A stretch of 64,000 bases of DNA, from assembly GCA_963716255.1 (NCBI GenBank), contig OY970303.1, forward strand, positions 6,240,001 through 6,304,000, given 5' to 3'. Source of the DNA: an uncultured Gemmatimonadales bacterium (GTDB lineage: Bacteria; Gemmatimonadota; Gemmatimonadetes; Longimicrobiales; Longimicrobiaceae). Made by a program: the position numbers and the translations under genes. The notes beneath the pieces were generated by a model. That model did no database searches and was not told the DNA's origin. It saw only the letters and a program-made list of their open reading frames with translations. Numbering within the stretch: the stretch's first letter is position 1; each line of letters opens with the position of its first letter. Positions 49,271-57,987 of this stretch are shown one piece after another.

Positions 49271-49309
49271 GGCGCAGGGCGGCGGGGGTTCCCCGGAGTC
49301 CGGCCGGCG

Positions 49310-49336
49310 TGTCGATTCCGCGGAGCCCCGTTCGAC
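49310..49336 (+). promoter_or_regulatory. ECF42-type promoter, copy 4
   Basis: TGTCGAT-N12-CGTTCGAC. Confidence 0.8.
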
Positions 49337-49401
49337 GTACAGGCAGATGCATGCGGGCCGCACCGGCGGCCCGACCCGATCTTCACTCGATGGAGGACAG
49401 C

Positions 49402-49803
49402 ATGGCCGAACCAGTCCGCCCCACCAACGGAGTGACGCCGTACCTGATGGTCCGCGGGGCCTCGGAAGCGGTGGAGTTCTACAAGCGCGCCTTCGCGGCG
49501 GAGGAAGTGGTGCGCACGCCCACCGAGAGCGGCGACAAGCTGATCCACTGCCACCTCCGCATCAACCGCGCGGACGTGATGATGGCGGACGAGTTCCCGG
49601 AGTACGGCTCCGTGCTGGACGGCGGGCCGAACGGCGTCATGCTGCACCTGGACGTGGACGACGCCGACGCGTGGTATGCCCGCGCGGTGGAGGCCGGCGC
49701 GACCGCGACGATGCCCGTCGTGGACGGGTTCTGGGGCGACCGCTACGGGCAGCTGCGCGACCCCTTCGGCCACACGTGGTCCATCGGCTCGCCCAAGAAG
49801 TGA
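49402..49803 (+). CDS. VOC/glyoxalase (PhnB-like) protein
   Basis: VTPYL...AVEFYKRAF...FWGDRYGQLRDPFGHTW. Confidence 0.9.
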   Translation: MAEPVRPTNGVTPYLMVRGASEAVEFYKRAFAAEEVVRTPTESGDKLIHCHLRINRADVMMADEFPEYGSVLDGGPNGVMLHLDVDDADAWYARAVEAGATATMPVVDGFWGDRYGQLRDPFGHTWSIGSPKK

Positions 49804-49904
49804 CGGACGCGTCCGCCGCGCCGGGCTCCGGTCCGGCGGCGGACGCGGCGGGGACGACGAGGCCTGATCCCATTCCACACACCCACCAACGGGGAGAGAA
49901 CACC

Positions 49905-50357
49905 ATGGACACCACCGTTCTGCAGCGTGAGCCCGCGGCCAGGACCGCGCCGAACACGACGGCCGCTGCGGTAGCCGCTTCCAAGACGTCACTCCGAGTT
50001 GGACGCGTGGTCGGCGCGCTGCCCGTGCTGTTCCTGCTCTTCGATGGCGTCGGAAAGCTCGTGAAGCCGGCTCCCGTTGTGGAGGGAACGGTCCAGCTCG
50101 GGTACCCGGTGAGCGTCCTCGTGCCGCTGGGCATCGTCCTGCTCGCCTGCACCATCCTGTACGCGGTCCCGCGCACCGCTGTCCTGGGCGCGATCCTGCT
50201 GACGGGCTACCTGGGCGGCGCGGTCGCCACCCACGTGCGCGTGGGCAACCCGCTGCCGACCCACACCCTCTTCCCGGTCTACTTCGGGGTGATGCTCTGG
50301 GGATCGCTGTGGCTGCGCGACCCGCGGCTGCGCGAGCTCCTCCCGCTGCGCCGCTAG
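49905..50357 (+). CDS. DoxX-family membrane protein
   Basis: PRTAVLGAILLTGYLGGAVATH. Confidence 0.88.
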   Translation: MDTTVLQREPAARTAPNTTAAAVAASKTSLRVGRVVGALPVLFLLFDGVGKLVKPAPVVEGTVQLGYPVSVLVPLGIVLLACTILYAVPRTAVLGAILLTGYLGGAVATHVRVGNPLPTHTLFPVYFGVMLWGSLWLRDPRLRELLPLRR

Positions 50358-50473
50358 CCCCGTGGAGCCGGCCCACGGACGGCGCCCGCCGCACCCGGCG
50401 GGCGCCGCCGCGCGCGGTCCCCGGCGGCGGGCCCGGCTTGCGCCGGCGGACGCGGACGCTATAGTCCGTTGCC

Positions 50474-51742
50474 GTGACTACTGCGACGACGCTGGAGACG
50501 CACCGCGCCATCGACGCGGTCTGGAGGATCGAGTCCGCGAAGCTGATCGCGGGGCTCGCGCGCATGGTGCGCGACGTGGGCCTGGCCGAGGACCTGGCCC
50601 AGGACGCCCTGGTGGCCGCGCTGGAGAAGTGGCCGCAGTCGGGGGTCCCGGACCGGCCGGGGGCGTGGCTGATGGCCGCCGCCAAGAGGCGCGCCATCGA
50701 CCACTTCCGCCGCGACAGGCTGCTCGACCGCAAGCACCAGGAGCTGGGCCGCGAGCTGGAGGTGCGGCAGGAGGCGGCCGTGCCGGACCTTGACGAGGCG
50801 ATCGACGACGCCATCGGCGACGACCTGCTGCGGCTGGTGTTCACCTGCTGCCACCCGGTGCTCGCCCGGGACGCGCAGGTGGCGCTCACGCTGCGCCTGC
50901 TGGGGGGGCTGACCACCGAGGAGATCGCGCGCGCGTTCCTGGTGCCGGTCCCCACGCTCGCCCAGCGGATCGTCCGGGCCAAGAAGACGCTCACCGAGGC
51001 CCGCGTTCCCTACGAGGTCCCCCGCGGGGCCGAGCTGGCCGGGCGGCTCTCGTCGGTGCTCGGGGTGGTCTACCTGATCTTCAACGAGGGGTATTCGGCC
51101 ACCGCGGGCGGCGACTGGACGCGCCCGGCGCTCTGCGAGGACGCCCTCCGGCTGGGCCGCATCCTGGCCGGGCTGGCGCCGGGCGAGCCGGAGGTGCACG
51201 GCCTGGTGGCGCTGATGGAGATCCAGGCGTCGAGGCTGCGCGCGCGGGTGGGCCCCACGGGGGAGCCCGTGCTGCTGCTGGACCAGGACCGGGGGCGCTG
51301 GGACCACCTCCTCGTCGGCCGCGGCCTGGCGGCGCTGGCGCGCGCCGAGGCGCTGGGGGGCGCGCGGGGCCCGTACGCGCTCCAGGCGGCCATCGCCGCC
51401 TGCCACGCGCGGGCCCGCACCGCCGCGGAAACGGACTGGACGCGCATCGCGGCGCTCTACGACGCGCTCTCGCGGGTGGCGCCGTCCCCGGTGGTGGAGG
51501 TGAACCGCGCGGTGGCGCTCGCCATGGCCTTCGGGCCGGCGGCGGGGCTGGAGCTGGCGGACGAGCTCGTCGCGGAATCGTCGCTGAAGGGGTACCACCT
51601 GCTCCCCAGCGTGCGCGGCGACCTGCTCTTCAAGCTGGGCCGGCTGGACGAGGCGCGCGCGGAGTTCGAGCGCGCGGCCTCGCTCACCCAGAACGCGCGC
51701 GAGCGCCGGCTGCTCCTGGACCGCGCCGCGGCGTGCGGATGA
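50474..51742 (+). CDS. ECF sigma factor with C-terminal TPR extension (ECF42 type)
   Basis: AEDLAQDA, DDLLRLVFTCCHP, AQRIVRAK, YLIFNEGY, GPYALQAAIAACH; adjacent DGPF genes. Confidence 0.92.
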   Translation: MTTATTLETHRAIDAVWRIESAKLIAGLARMVRDVGLAEDLAQDALVAALEKWPQSGVPDRPGAWLMAAAKRRAIDHFRRDRLLDRKHQELGRELEVRQEAAVPDLDEAIDDAIGDDLLRLVFTCCHPVLARDAQVALTLRLLGGLTTEEIARAFLVPVPTLAQRIVRAKKTLTEARVPYEVPRGAELAGRLSSVLGVVYLIFNEGYSATAGGDWTRPALCEDALRLGRILAGLAPGEPEVHGLVALMEIQASRLRARVGPTGEPVLLLDQDRGRWDHLLVGRGLAALARAEALGGARGPYALQAAIAACHARARTAAETDWTRIAALYDALSRVAPSPVVEVNRAVALAMAFGPAAGLELADELVAESSLKGYHLLPSVRGDLLFKLGRLDEARAEFERAASLTQNARERRLLLDRAAACG

Positions 51743-51750
51743 AACGCCCT

Positions 51751-51921
51751 GGATTCGGGCGTGCCCCCGGCTGGCGCCGGGCGTTCCGCGGGCTTCGGCT
51801 CCGTAGCAGACGAAACGACCGTCTGCAACGGAGTCGAGCCCCGCGAAACTGCCCGCGGCGATACTCGCGCCCCTTCAAACGGGCCGAAATCCCTCACGCG
51901 GGGTTCGTGCTGGCGTCCGCG
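51751..51921 (-). repeat. structured intergenic repeat, copy 3 (inverted, diverged)
   Basis: Reverse complement aligns with copies 1 and 2, with compensatory stem changes. Confidence 0.85.
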
Positions 51922-51977
51922 GATGGAGCCGCGGCGCGGCTCCATCCTCCATCCCACCTTCCACCCGGAGATCCCCC

Positions 51978-53105
51978 ATGGCCCCCGACCGCTCCGAAAG
52001 CTTTTCCGAAGGCGACGTGCTGCTGCTGGTGGGCACCATGAAGGGCGCGTTCGTGGTGTCGTCGAATGCCGAGCGCCGGGAATGGCGGGTCCACGGGCCC
52101 CACTTCCGCGGCGAGACGGTGTACTCGCTGGCCTTCGACCAGCGCGGGGGACGGACGCGGATGCTGGCGGGGACGCAGAGCTTCCACTGGGGGAGCGTGG
52201 TCCGCGCCAGCGACGACTTCGGGGCGACGTGGAGCGCGCCGGAGCGGCAGAACGTGCGTTTTCCCGAGGATTCCGGGCTGGCGGTGGCCAACGTGTGGCA
52301 GCTGCGGCCGGGGCGGGACAGCGAGCCGGACGTGCTGTACGCCGGGGTGGAGCCGGCGGCGCTCTTCGAGTCGCGCGACGCGGGGGAAACGTGGAGCGCG
52401 GTGGAGGGGCTGCTGGGCCACGAGCACCGGCCGCGGTGGATGCCCGGGGGCGGAGGGCTGTGCCTGCACACCATCGTGCTGGACGCGGCGGAGCCGCGGC
52501 GCATGGGCGTCGCCATCTCCACCGCCGGCTTCTACCGCACCGACGACGGCGGGCGCAGCTGGCAGCCGCGCAACCAGGGCGTGCGGGCGCAGTTCCTCCC
52601 GGACAAGTACCCCGAGTTCGGGCAGTGCGTGCACAAGGTGGTGAACCACCCCGCGCGCCCGGAGCGGCTCTTCCTGCAGAACCACTGGGGGCTGTACCGC
52701 AGCGACGACTGGGGCGACAGCTGGCACGACGTCGCCAACGGGGTGCCCTCGGACTTCGGGTTCGCCATGGAGGTGCACCCGCACGACCCGGACACGGTGT
52801 ACATCGTGCCGCTGGAGTCGGACGAGTTCCGCGTGGTCCCGGAGGCGCGGCTGCGCGTGTACCGCACCCGCGACGCGGGCGAGTCCTGGCACGCGCTGGA
52901 GAGCGGCCTCCCGCAGAAGGACGCGTACGAGACGGTGCTCCGCGACGCGCTTGCCGCCGACACGCACGACCCCGCCGGCATCTACTTCGGCACGCGCGGC
53001 GGCAAGCTCTTCGGCTCGGCGGACGAGGGGGAAAGCTGGAGCGAGATCACGGATGCGCTCCCGCCCATCGTGTGCGTCAAGGCCGCCGTGGTGGGCGCCC
53101 GCTGA
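51978..53105 (+). CDS. BNR/Asp-box repeat beta-propeller protein
   Basis: Repeated SxDxGxxW motifs; GGGGLCLH; GQCVHK. Confidence 0.88.
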   Translation: MAPDRSESFSEGDVLLLVGTMKGAFVVSSNAERREWRVHGPHFRGETVYSLAFDQRGGRTRMLAGTQSFHWGSVVRASDDFGATWSAPERQNVRFPEDSGLAVANVWQLRPGRDSEPDVLYAGVEPAALFESRDAGETWSAVEGLLGHEHRPRWMPGGGGLCLHTIVLDAAEPRRMGVAISTAGFYRTDDGGRSWQPRNQGVRAQFLPDKYPEFGQCVHKVVNHPARPERLFLQNHWGLYRSDDWGDSWHDVANGVPSDFGFAMEVHPHDPDTVYIVPLESDEFRVVPEARLRVYRTRDAGESWHALESGLPQKDAYETVLRDALAADTHDPAGIYFGTRGGKLFGSADEGESWSEITDALPPIVCVKAAVVGAR

Positions 53106-53140
53106 CCCGTCCGTTCACCCTCAACCCCGCGCGAGGACCC

Positions 53141-53422
53141 ATGGAGATCACCGTCGCCCTTCCCGGCGCCCTGCAGCCGTACGCGGCCGGAAGCCCGGAG
53201 GTCACCCTGCAGGCCCGCTGCGGCACGGTGGGCGACGCGCTGGGCGCGCTGGCCGGCCGCTATCCCGGCGTGGTGGACCGCGTGGTGGACGAGCGCGGGA
53301 CGGTGCGGCGGCACGTCAACGTGTTCGTGGACGGCGACGACATCCGCTTCCTGGCGGGGCTGGACACGCCCGTGCGGGAGGGGAGCACCATCGTCATCTT
53401 CCCGGCGGTGAGCGGCGGGTAG
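53141..53422 (+). CDS. MoaD/ThiS ubiquitin-like protein
   Basis: RRHVNVFVDG...PAVSGG C-terminal GG. Confidence 0.92.
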   Translation: MEITVALPGALQPYAAGSPEVTLQARCGTVGDALGALAGRYPGVVDRVVDERGTVRRHVNVFVDGDDIRFLAGLDTPVREGSTIVIFPAVSGG

Positions 53423-53613
53423 CGCCGCCGGAGTGCTGCGTCCCGAGGAAAGGAGCCCCGCGATGAGTGAATCGCGGGGCTCCGTTTGTTTTCCAGGTTT
53501 TCAAGACTCAAAATGGGCGGAAACGCCCATGTGCGGCGCACTCGGAACGGATAGAGTTCGTCGCGCGGCCTGTTTCCATGCCGCGCGGGGCGAACCGCAA
53601 CGAGGAGCACAGC

Positions 53614-54147
53614 ATGCCTGGATTCGAGCAGCCGGTGTCGGCGGGAGTGGCCAAGCGACTGGCGGCGGCGGCGGACGGGTTCCGCCACGGGAGGCCCGTG
53701 TACTTCGTTTCCGGCTTCCGCGATGCCGGCCCGGTCGAGCGCTTCGAGGGGGAGGAGGGGCGGGAGGAGGCGGAGCGGGCGCGGAGGGCGAAGGAGGCCG
53801 GGAGCGGGGGCGAGAAGTTCGGGGTGTTCGGCCCCTACGTCACCGAGCCGGGCCACGGGCACGGGGCGAAGCCGGTGGCCGAGGTGCTGGACGTGACGGT
53901 GCGGGTGAAGCTCGCGGACGGGTCCACGCGCACCCGGGTCTTCGGCGGCGGGGAGTACGACGCCCTCTTCTGGACGCGCTCGGCGGTGGACAAGTTCGTC
54001 GTCCCGTACTACACCGGCGCGCTCGGGCTGCAGTACGCCACGCGCGTGTCGGACGACTTCGCCGGGAGCAACGTCTACATGCTGGGCCACCTCCCCGACA
54101 CCATGCCCGTGATGATCCGCCTTCCGGACGCCGGGGAGCAGGGGTGA
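53614..54147 (+). CDS. hypothetical protein
   Basis: GAGGAG RBS; GC3-biased ORF; YDALFWTRSAVDKFVVPYY. Confidence 0.7.
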   Translation: MPGFEQPVSAGVAKRLAAAADGFRHGRPVYFVSGFRDAGPVERFEGEEGREEAERARRAKEAGSGGEKFGVFGPYVTEPGHGHGAKPVAEVLDVTVRVKLADGSTRTRVFGGGEYDALFWTRSAVDKFVVPYYTGALGLQYATRVSDDFAGSNVYMLGHLPDTMPVMIRLPDAGEQG

Positions 54148-54166
54148 GGCCGGGCGGGCGCGCCGC

Positions 54167-56728
54167 TCACCGGGCGAGCGACAGCCGCCCGTGGGCGGGG
54201 TCGCTCCACAGCGACCTGAACTGCGGGTCCCGCCTCGCGTACTCCGTCAGGTCGGGCCGCGCCCGCAGGTACCGGCCCAGCAGCTCCCGGGCGCGGTCCC
54301 TTTCCCCCAGCACCAGCCGCAGGTAGGCCTCGTCGTACCACAGGAAAAGGTTGACCGCGGGGTCGCCTCCGGCCTCGCGCTGGGCGCGCGTGAGCAGCTC
54401 GCGCGCACGCCGCTCGTGGCCGGTGCGCGCCAGCACCGCCGCCGTCCTCACCATGCGGTAGATGGGGTGGTACGGGCGGCCGGCCAGCCGGGCCTTTTCC
54501 GGGGGGTCCATCTGCTGCAGCTCCTCCAGCAGCCTCAGCGCCCGGCGGGGATCGGGGTCGCGGACGGACGGGCTGCTCAGGATGGCGAGCTCGCACTGCA
54601 CGAACCTCCAGTCGCCCGGGAACTTGCTGCGTCCCAGCGCGCACCAGCGGCTGGACTCCTCGGGGCGCTCCAGGAGGAGCGTGGTGCGGTACAGCACGTC
54701 CAGCACCTGGTCCACGTTGCGGAGGTAGGCGTCCTTCTGGTACGCCTGGCGGGCCGCGAACTCCGCCTCCCCGAAGTCGGTGCGGAAGCGCAGCAGCTGG
54801 CTAAGCGTGCTCCAGGCGCTCGCCAGCGACGGGTCCGCCACGGTGGCCGCGCGCAGGTCGCGCTCCGCCTTCGCCACCAGCTCCCGCCACATCCCGTCGT
54901 ACTGGATGGAGTCGTCGGCCTCCAGCCAGTACGCCGTCCCGCGGAGCTCCAGCGCGGGGGCGTACCCCGGCTCCAGCGCCAGGGCGCGCTCCGCGTGCTC
55001 CACGGCGCGGCGGGTCCAGTCCCGCTTCCGCCGCATGTCCGTGAGGTCGATGCGGTCGAGCGCCAGCCACCCGCGCCGCACGGAGGGCTCCACCCACCGC
55101 GGGTCCAGCCTGCCCGCCCCCGCGAGCATGCTGTCGGAGATCTCCAGCATCCGGCGCGCGGTCAGCACCGCGACCGAGTCGGGGTGGCGGGCGACCTCCA
55201 GTCCGCTCGTCCGCATCTCGTCCGCCCGCCTGACCAGCGCCCGCGCCTGCACGTCGCGCGTCCCCGCGCTCCACCGGCGAAGCTGCACCTCCTGTCCCAG
55301 CCTCGTGCGCAGGCACTCCGCCACCTCGCCGGCCAGGTCCTCCACCAGCGTGAACCGGTCGCCCACCGCCCGCGTGAGCACCTTGCCCGTCAGCTCCTGG
55401 CCCGTGTTGGCGTCCACCAGGTGCGCCGCAAGCCGAACGCTGTCGCCGGAGCGCTGCAGGCTGCCCCCCACCAGCGTCCCCACGTCCAGCACCCTGCGGA
55501 GGCTGTCCGGCGTGACCGGCCGGTTCCGGAACGGCCGGACGCCGTTGGGCGAGACCACGTAGAGCCCTTCCACGCCGGCCAGCTGGTAGATCAGGCTCTC
55601 GGTGAGGTCGGCGGCCAGGTAGTCCAGCTCCGGGTCGCCGCTCTGGTTCTCGAAGAACAGGATCGCGATGCGGTTCGGCGCGGCTGGCTGCTCCGTCGAC
55701 GCCTGCGCCGACGGTGCGGCCGCCGCAGGTGCCTGCACCGGCATGGGGAGCCACAGTACGGCGAGCGCCAGCGCGAGGATCCCGGCCGCGAGCGCGGCGA
55801 GCCGCACTCTGTGGTCGCGGGGGAGCCGGATGCGGGTGGACGAGGGCGGCGCCGGGAGGTGGGCCCCGGCGCACGCGGCCGCGGCGCTCACGGGGTCCTC
55901 CTCGGGAGCGGGAGGCGGCTCCGCAGGCTCCGGGCTTTCCGCCGCTCCGGGGGCGGGCGGGGCAGCCGCGGCGGACGGCGCGGCGGGAGCCGGCGCCGCG
56001 GGGGCGGTGGCGGGCGCGGGGGAGGACCGCAGCAGCGCCGCCAGCGCCGCGACCTCCGGGTCCGGGTCCATTCCCAGCTCCTCCCGGAGCGCGGCGGCGT
56101 GCGTGCGGGCGTGGCGGATGGCCGACGGCCGGTCGCCCGCCGCGTCCAGGGCGCGCATCAGCCGCAGCGCGAGGCGCGAGCTGCACGGGTCGTGGGCCAC
56201 CGCCTGGCGCCACCACCGCGCCGCGTCCTCCGCTTCGCCGGCGGCGCCGGCCGCCTCGGCCAGGCGCTCCAGGGCGCTGGCATACGCCCGGGCCAGGCGG
56301 TCGCGCTCCGCCTCCGCCCACTGCTGGAAGGCGGGCGCGTCCTCGACGTAGAACCCGTCCAGGAAGGGGCCCCGGTACAGCTCCACCGCCCGGCGCGCGT
56401 CGCCGGCCCGCAGCGCCGCCTCGAACGCGGCGACGTCGCTGGCGACCACCTCGGGGTTGAGGGACACCTCGTCGCCGGAGGACATGAACGCGTCGTCCCC
56501 CAGCTCCTTGCGCAGCAGGTACAGCGACTCCGAGAGGAGGGGCCGGCCCTTGCCGGGCGCGCTGTCGGGCCACAGGTAGCCGACGATCTTTTCCCGGGTG
56601 AGGGACCCGGTGCGGGACGCCGCGAGCAGGGCCAGGAGGGCGACGCGGCGCCGGTAGGACGCCCGGCCGGCGAGCGGTCCGGCGGGGCCCTCCACCTGGG
56701 CTCCGCCCAACGTGAGGACGGTAAACAC
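54167..56728 (-). CDS. BTAD/SARP-type transcriptional activator with TM, TolB-N-like and TPR regions
   Basis: TREKIVGYLWPD, AVELYRGPFLDGF, IAILFFENQSGD; GTG start inferred. Confidence 0.85.
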   Translation of the reverse strand: MFTVLTLGGAQVEGPAGPLAGRASYRRRVALLALLAASRTGSLTREKIVGYLWPDSAPGKGRPLLSESLYLLRKELGDDAFMSSGDEVSLNPEVVASDVAAFEAALRAGDARRAVELYRGPFLDGFYVEDAPAFQQWAEAERDRLARAYASALERLAEAAGAAGEAEDAARWWRQAVAHDPCSSRLALRLMRALDAAGDRPSAIRHARTHAAALREELGMDPDPEVAALAALLRSSPAPATAPAAPAPAAPSAAAAPPAPGAAESPEPAEPPPAPEEDPVSAAAACAGAHLPAPPSSTRIRLPRDHRVRLAALAAGILALALAVLWLPMPVQAPAAAAPSAQASTEQPAAPNRIAILFFENQSGDPELDYLAADLTESLIYQLAGVEGLYVVSPNGVRPFRNRPVTPDSLRRVLDVGTLVGGSLQRSGDSVRLAAHLVDANTGQELTGKVLTRAVGDRFTLVEDLAGEVAECLRTRLGQEVQLRRWSAGTRDVQARALVRRADEMRTSGLEVARHPDSVAVLTARRMLEISDSMLAGAGRLDPRWVEPSVRRGWLALDRIDLTDMRRKRDWTRRAVEHAERALALEPGYAPALELRGTAYWLEADDSIQYDGMWRELVAKAERDLRAATVADPSLASAWSTLSQLLRFRTDFGEAEFAARQAYQKDAYLRNVDQVLDVLYRTTLLLERPEESSRWCALGRSKFPGDWRFVQCELAILSSPSVRDPDPRRALRLLEELQQMDPPEKARLAGRPYHPIYRMVRTAAVLARTGHERRARELLTRAQREAGGDPAVNLFLWYDEAYLRLVLGERDRARELLGRYLRARPDLTEYARRDPQFRSLWSDPAHGRLSLAR

Positions 56729-56910
56729 TGGTTGACTGTGAGGTTGATGGAAAACCCGAGAACAGGTAGAGACCTGCCTCCTATGGTACGCAATCGAGCG
56801 GCATTGACAAGGGGGCCGCCGTGGAAACCCCAACGCATCGTACCATGCCCGAGCGAAGCTCCACCCCGCCCCATGGTCCGTTCGACGAATCTCCCGCCAG
56901 GAGGCGCCCC

Positions 56911-57501
56911 ATGGACTCCGCACGCCGTGTCCACGATCCGACGACCCTCTTCGACACGCTGGACCTCCTCCCGCAGCACCAGGCGCTGATGACCCCCGCC
57001 GGCAGGGTCGTGCGGCTCAACCGCTGGCTTTCCGAGCTGCTCCGCAGGGTCCCGGACGGGCGGTACCTGGAGGAGGCTCTCGGCTCGTACGCCCGCTCCA
57101 TCGCCGACCTCCGCTTCCCATGTGGCTGCGACGGGCACTGCGGCGCGCCCACCACCCTGAAGTATCAGACGGTCACGGGTCCCTGTCTTCTCTGGGGATG
57201 GTGCGTGGAGCTGGACCGCTACGGCCTGGGCCGCCTGGTCCTGATGACGGTGCAGCCGCTCGACCCCGACGCCCCGTCCGACGACGCGATCCGCGAGCAC
57301 TTCGGCCTGACCCGCAAGGAGATCGACGTGGCGCGCCTCCTGGCGGAGGGCCGCACCAACGCGGGGATCTCGGCGGCGCTGTGCATCAGCGAGCACACGG
57401 CCCGGCACCACACGGAGCATGTATTCAGGAAGCTGGGCGTCAGCTCGCGCGCGGAGGTGGGCCCGAAGCTCCGGGCCCTCCGGCGGGGGGAACTGAACTA
57501 G
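56911..57501 (+). CDS. LuxR-type HTH regulator
   Basis: GLTRKEIDVARLLAEGRTNAGISAALCISEHTARHH. Confidence 0.88.
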   Translation: MDSARRVHDPTTLFDTLDLLPQHQALMTPAGRVVRLNRWLSELLRRVPDGRYLEEALGSYARSIADLRFPCGCDGHCGAPTTLKYQTVTGPCLLWGWCVELDRYGLGRLVLMTVQPLDPDAPSDDAIREHFGLTRKEIDVARLLAEGRTNAGISAALCISEHTARHHTEHVFRKLGVSSRAEVGPKLRALRRGELN

Positions 57502-57525
57502 CGATTCTTGCCAGGAGGAAGTCCG

Positions 57526-57987
57526 ATGTGGCGATCGCTGCGGCGCCTGGCGCCGTTCTGGCTGGTGGTGGGCGTCGCGGCGGTGGCGCCCCCGGGCCGA
57601 CAACCCGCGCCCGGCCGCCGGCCCGGGGAGGACCCCGGGCCGGGCGGCGGACCCCCCGCCGAGTACCAGGGCGTGCACCGGCGGGAGGTGCGCCACCTCC
57701 TGGACCGCGTGACGGGGTGGCGCACGTCCCGAGACGCGAGCACCGACGGCGGGGTCCCGCCCGCGGTGCCCATCGCCTGCGTCCGCGACGCGTACGTGGC
57801 CGCCGCCGTGCAGCACGCCTGGGCCGCCGAGAGCTACTATCGCCTGCGGCACCCCGAGGCGGGGGCCATGGCGGCTGCGATGCGCGACGACCTGGACCAG
57901 GCGGACGAGCTGTGCGCCGTCACCGGGCGGGGCGGGGTGGAGGGGTGCGCGACCCTCCGTCTGTGGGCGTGCCCGGTGCCGCCGTGA
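57526..57987 (+). CDS. hypothetical exported Cys-containing protein
   Basis: AGGAGG RBS, hydrophobic N-terminus, four Cys in the C-terminal half. Confidence 0.6.
   Translation: MWRSLRRLAPFWLVVGVAAVAPPGRQPAPGRRPGEDPGPGGGPPAEYQGVHRREVRHLLDRVTGWRTSRDASTDGGVPPAVPIACVRDAYVAAAVQHAWAAESYYRLRHPEAGAMAAAMRDDLDQADELCAVTGRGGVEGCATLRLWACPVPP

Noticed and set aside
45404..49336. Recurring 27-bp motif as CRISPR repeats
   Set aside because: Copies are separated by whole genes, have a variable middle and fit an ECF promoter.
57920..57987. 68-bp tail-to-tail gene overlap as a functional antisense system
   Set aside because: Most simply a lost stop codon or low-complexity C-terminal extension.
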